Shown here piece after piece: positions 61,335 through 64,000 of a DNA stretch of 64,000 nt (positions are counted from its first letter, which is position 1; the number at the start of each line of letters is the position of its first letter). The notes below the pieces were generated by a model. That model saw nothing but the letters and a program-made list of their open reading frames with translations. It searched no databases and was not told the origin of the DNA. The stretch is taken from positions 1 through 64,000 of the forward strand of contig JASTWF010000333.1 of the NCBI GenBank assembly GCA_030390025.1, in the 5' to 3' direction. The position numbers and the translations under genes are program-made. This DNA comes from Squalus acanthias. Its lineage: Eukaryota.

Positions 61335-63420
61335 AACAACAACAACTTGTATTTATATAGCACCTTTAACGTAGTAAAACGTCCCAAGGTGCTTCACAGG
61401 AGTATTATAAGACAAAAAAATTTGACACCGAGCAACATAAGGAGAAATTAGGGCAGGTGATCAAAAACTTGGTCAAAGAGGTAGGTTTTAAGGAGCGTCT
61501 TAAAGGAGGAAAGAGAGCTAGAGAGGCGGAGAGGTTTAGGCAGGGAATTCCAGAGCTTAGGGCCTAGGCAACAGAAGGCACGGCCACCAATGGTTGAGTG
61601 AGTATAATCAGGGATGCTCAAGAGCGCAGAATTAGAGGAGCGCAGATATCTTGGGGGTCTGCGGGGCTGAAGGAGATTACAGAGATAGGGAGGGGCGAGG
61701 CCATGGAGGGATTTGAAAACAAGGATGAGAATTTTGAAATCGAGGCGTTGCTTAACTGGGAGCCAATGTAGGTCAGCGAGCACAGGGGTGGTGGGTGAAC
61801 GGGACTTGGTGCGAGTTAGGATACAGGCAGCCGAGTTTTGGATGACCTCAAGTTTATGTATGGTGGAACGTGGGAGGCCAGCCAGGAGTGTGTTGGAATT
61901 GTCAAGTCTAGTGATAACAAAGGCATGGATGAGCGTTTCAGCAGCAGATGAGCTGAGGCGGGGGCGGAGACCGGCGATGTTATGGAGGTGGAAATATGCG
62001 GTCTTAGTTATGGCGCAGGCATGTGGTCGGAAGCTTATTTCAGGGTCAAATATGACACCAAGGTTGTGAACAGTCTGGTTCAGTCTCAGACAGTTGCCAG
62101 GGAGAGGGATGGAGTCAGTGGCTAGGGAACGGAGTTTGTGGCAGGGACCGAAAACAATGGCTTCGGTCTTCCCAAAATTTGATTGGAGAAAATTTCTGCT
62201 CAACTGGATGTCGGACAAGCAGTCTGACAATTTAGAGACTGTGGAAGGGTCGAGAGAAGTGGTGGTGAGGTAGAGCTGGGTGTCGTCAGCGTACATGTGG
62301 AAACTGACGCTGTGTTTTCGGATGATGTCGCCAAGGGGCAGCATGTAGATGAGAAATAGGAGGGGGCCAAGGATAGAACCTTGGGGGACCCCAGAGGTAA
62401 TGATGCGGGAGCGGGAAGGGAAGCTGTTGCAGGTGATTCTCAGGCTATGATTAGATAGATAAGAATGGAACCAGGCAAGTGCAGTCCCACCCAGCTGGAT
62501 GACGGTGGAGAGGCGTTGGAGAAGGATGGAGTGGTCAATCGTGTCAAAGGCTGCAGACAAGTCAAGAAGGATGAGGAGGGATAGTTTACCTTTGTCACAG
62601 TCACAAAGGATGTAATTTGTGACTTTGATGAGAGCCGTTTCAGTACTGTGGCAGGGGCAGAAACCTGATTGGAGGGATTCAAACATGGATTTGCGGGAAA
62701 GATGGGCACGAATTTGGGAGGCGACAACACATTCATGGACTTTGGAGAGTAAATGGAGGTTGGAGATGAGGCAGTAGTTTGCAAGGACGGAGGGGTCAAG
62801 GTTTGTTTTTTTTGAGGAAAGGGGTGATGATGGCAGATTTGAGGGCGAGGGGGACAGTACCTGAGGAGAGAGAACCATTAACAATGTCAGCTAACATGGG
62901 AGCCAGAAAAGGAAGTTGCGTGGTCAGCAGTTTGGTGGGAATAAGGTCGAGGGAGCAGGAAGTGGGTCTCATGGACAAGGTGAGCGCGGAGAGGTCATGA
63001 GGGGAGATCGGAGAGAAACTGGAGAAAGATGTGAGTTCAGGGTTAAGGCAGGGGGAACCTTAGAGCCTGGCTATACCTTCCACTACTTACAGGGAGGGTT
63101 CATTTAAGGGTAAGGTGTCATCACCCCTCAGCCAAGTTTCCTTCAGGGCCATGATGTCGATGCAGTCATCCATGATAAGCTCATAGATGGCAAGGGCCTT
63201 GTTCGCAAGTGAACGGACATTCTAGAGGGAGATGCGGAGAGGGCCGGTGATGGCTGCCCCACTGCCAGCATCCACAGGGTCAGCGCTGGGGGGGATGAGT
63301 TGGACGGGGAGGAGAGTGGCAAGATTTGCCCCTAGTGGACGCGCTGGGTGGGAAGATCGGCAAGAGAGTAGGATGGGACAGTTGGGGTTGCTGCTCGTAA
63401 GGAGACAGTGATGAGTGCCT
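61335..63420 (-). mobile_element. Long L2 LINE (APE N-terminus, internal deletion, RT, 3' tail)
   Basis: ORF 61448-62884 (LDLSAAFDTIDH, GVPQGSILGP, YADD); APE start PLRISL*NVRSLANK...IMALKETWL at about 63245-63130; (CAA)n tail. Confidence 0.92.
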
Positions 63421-64000
63421 CGATGGGCCCTTCATAGGATGCCAAGAGAGGCACAGAGGGAAGCTGTAAGCTTATCTAAGAGGGAGGCAAGTCTGGCAGG
63501 AGCGTAGGAAGGTCGAAGATTAATGAAGGATTGGGGTAGGGATTTGGGAGGGCAGAGTATCTGAGAGTGGAGAGATGAAAGGAGGCATGACGACAGGAGG
63601 GAGCAGTTAGGGAGAAATAGCGAGAGAAGGAAAAGGGGGAGAAAAAGTGGAAAAGCAGAGCTGAAAAACCAATAGAACCAGTTCAGCAGAGACACAGCCA
63701 CGGTTTAAGTTACAAAACCTTTTAGTAGCAGAGATAGAGACACAGCAGGTAAATCTTACAGTGTAATCCAGTGTAGTGCAGTGCAGAAACATAGTCTAGA
63801 TGTCCAGAGACGTCCAGGAGATCGGAAACCAATTTGACAAAAGAATTCTGCATCATAAGACTTGAAGCGACTGAAGAGCAGAGCAGAGCCACAGCCGCTG
63901 AGTCAAACAGTGTAGTCGAGCAACGAAGTCCTGTTCATGAGGAATCCAGTGATGGAAGTCAAGTTCCGGCATTTGAAAGAGCTCAGTGAGAACAAAGACT

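Overview
Vertebrate genomic DNA, most likely a cartilaginous fish (inferred from the repeat repertoire: Deu-domain SINEs plus CR1, L2, RTE, Penelope and PIF/Harbinger elements; species not determinable). The only host gene recognised is SLC2A9 (GLUT9 urate transporter) on the + strand, as two coding exons (45698-45885 and 60056-60166) separated by a 14,170-bp intron. No other SLC2A9 exon was found, so the rest is probably intronic. Most of the sequence is layered transposon debris: a near full-length CR1, a near full-length RTE, a long L2, a Penelope GIY-YIG fragment, three Harbinger relics and many TIR-bounded non-autonomous elements with 3-bp TSDs. The most notable signals: (1) minimal hammerhead-ribozyme motifs in Penelope-derived mini-insertions, one lying mostly within a perfect 89-bp fold-back; (2) several templated inversions, including an RTE that carries an inverted copy of a neighbouring L2 inside its 26-bp TSD and a 41-bp template-switch palindrome; (3) a three-level nested insertion from which a spliced Harbinger Myb-like gene can be rebuilt. 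No CRISPR array, rRNA or intact tRNA. I found no clearly new biological system; the findings are unusual instances of known element classes. Boundaries are approximate unless a TIR, TSD or splice site is quoted.
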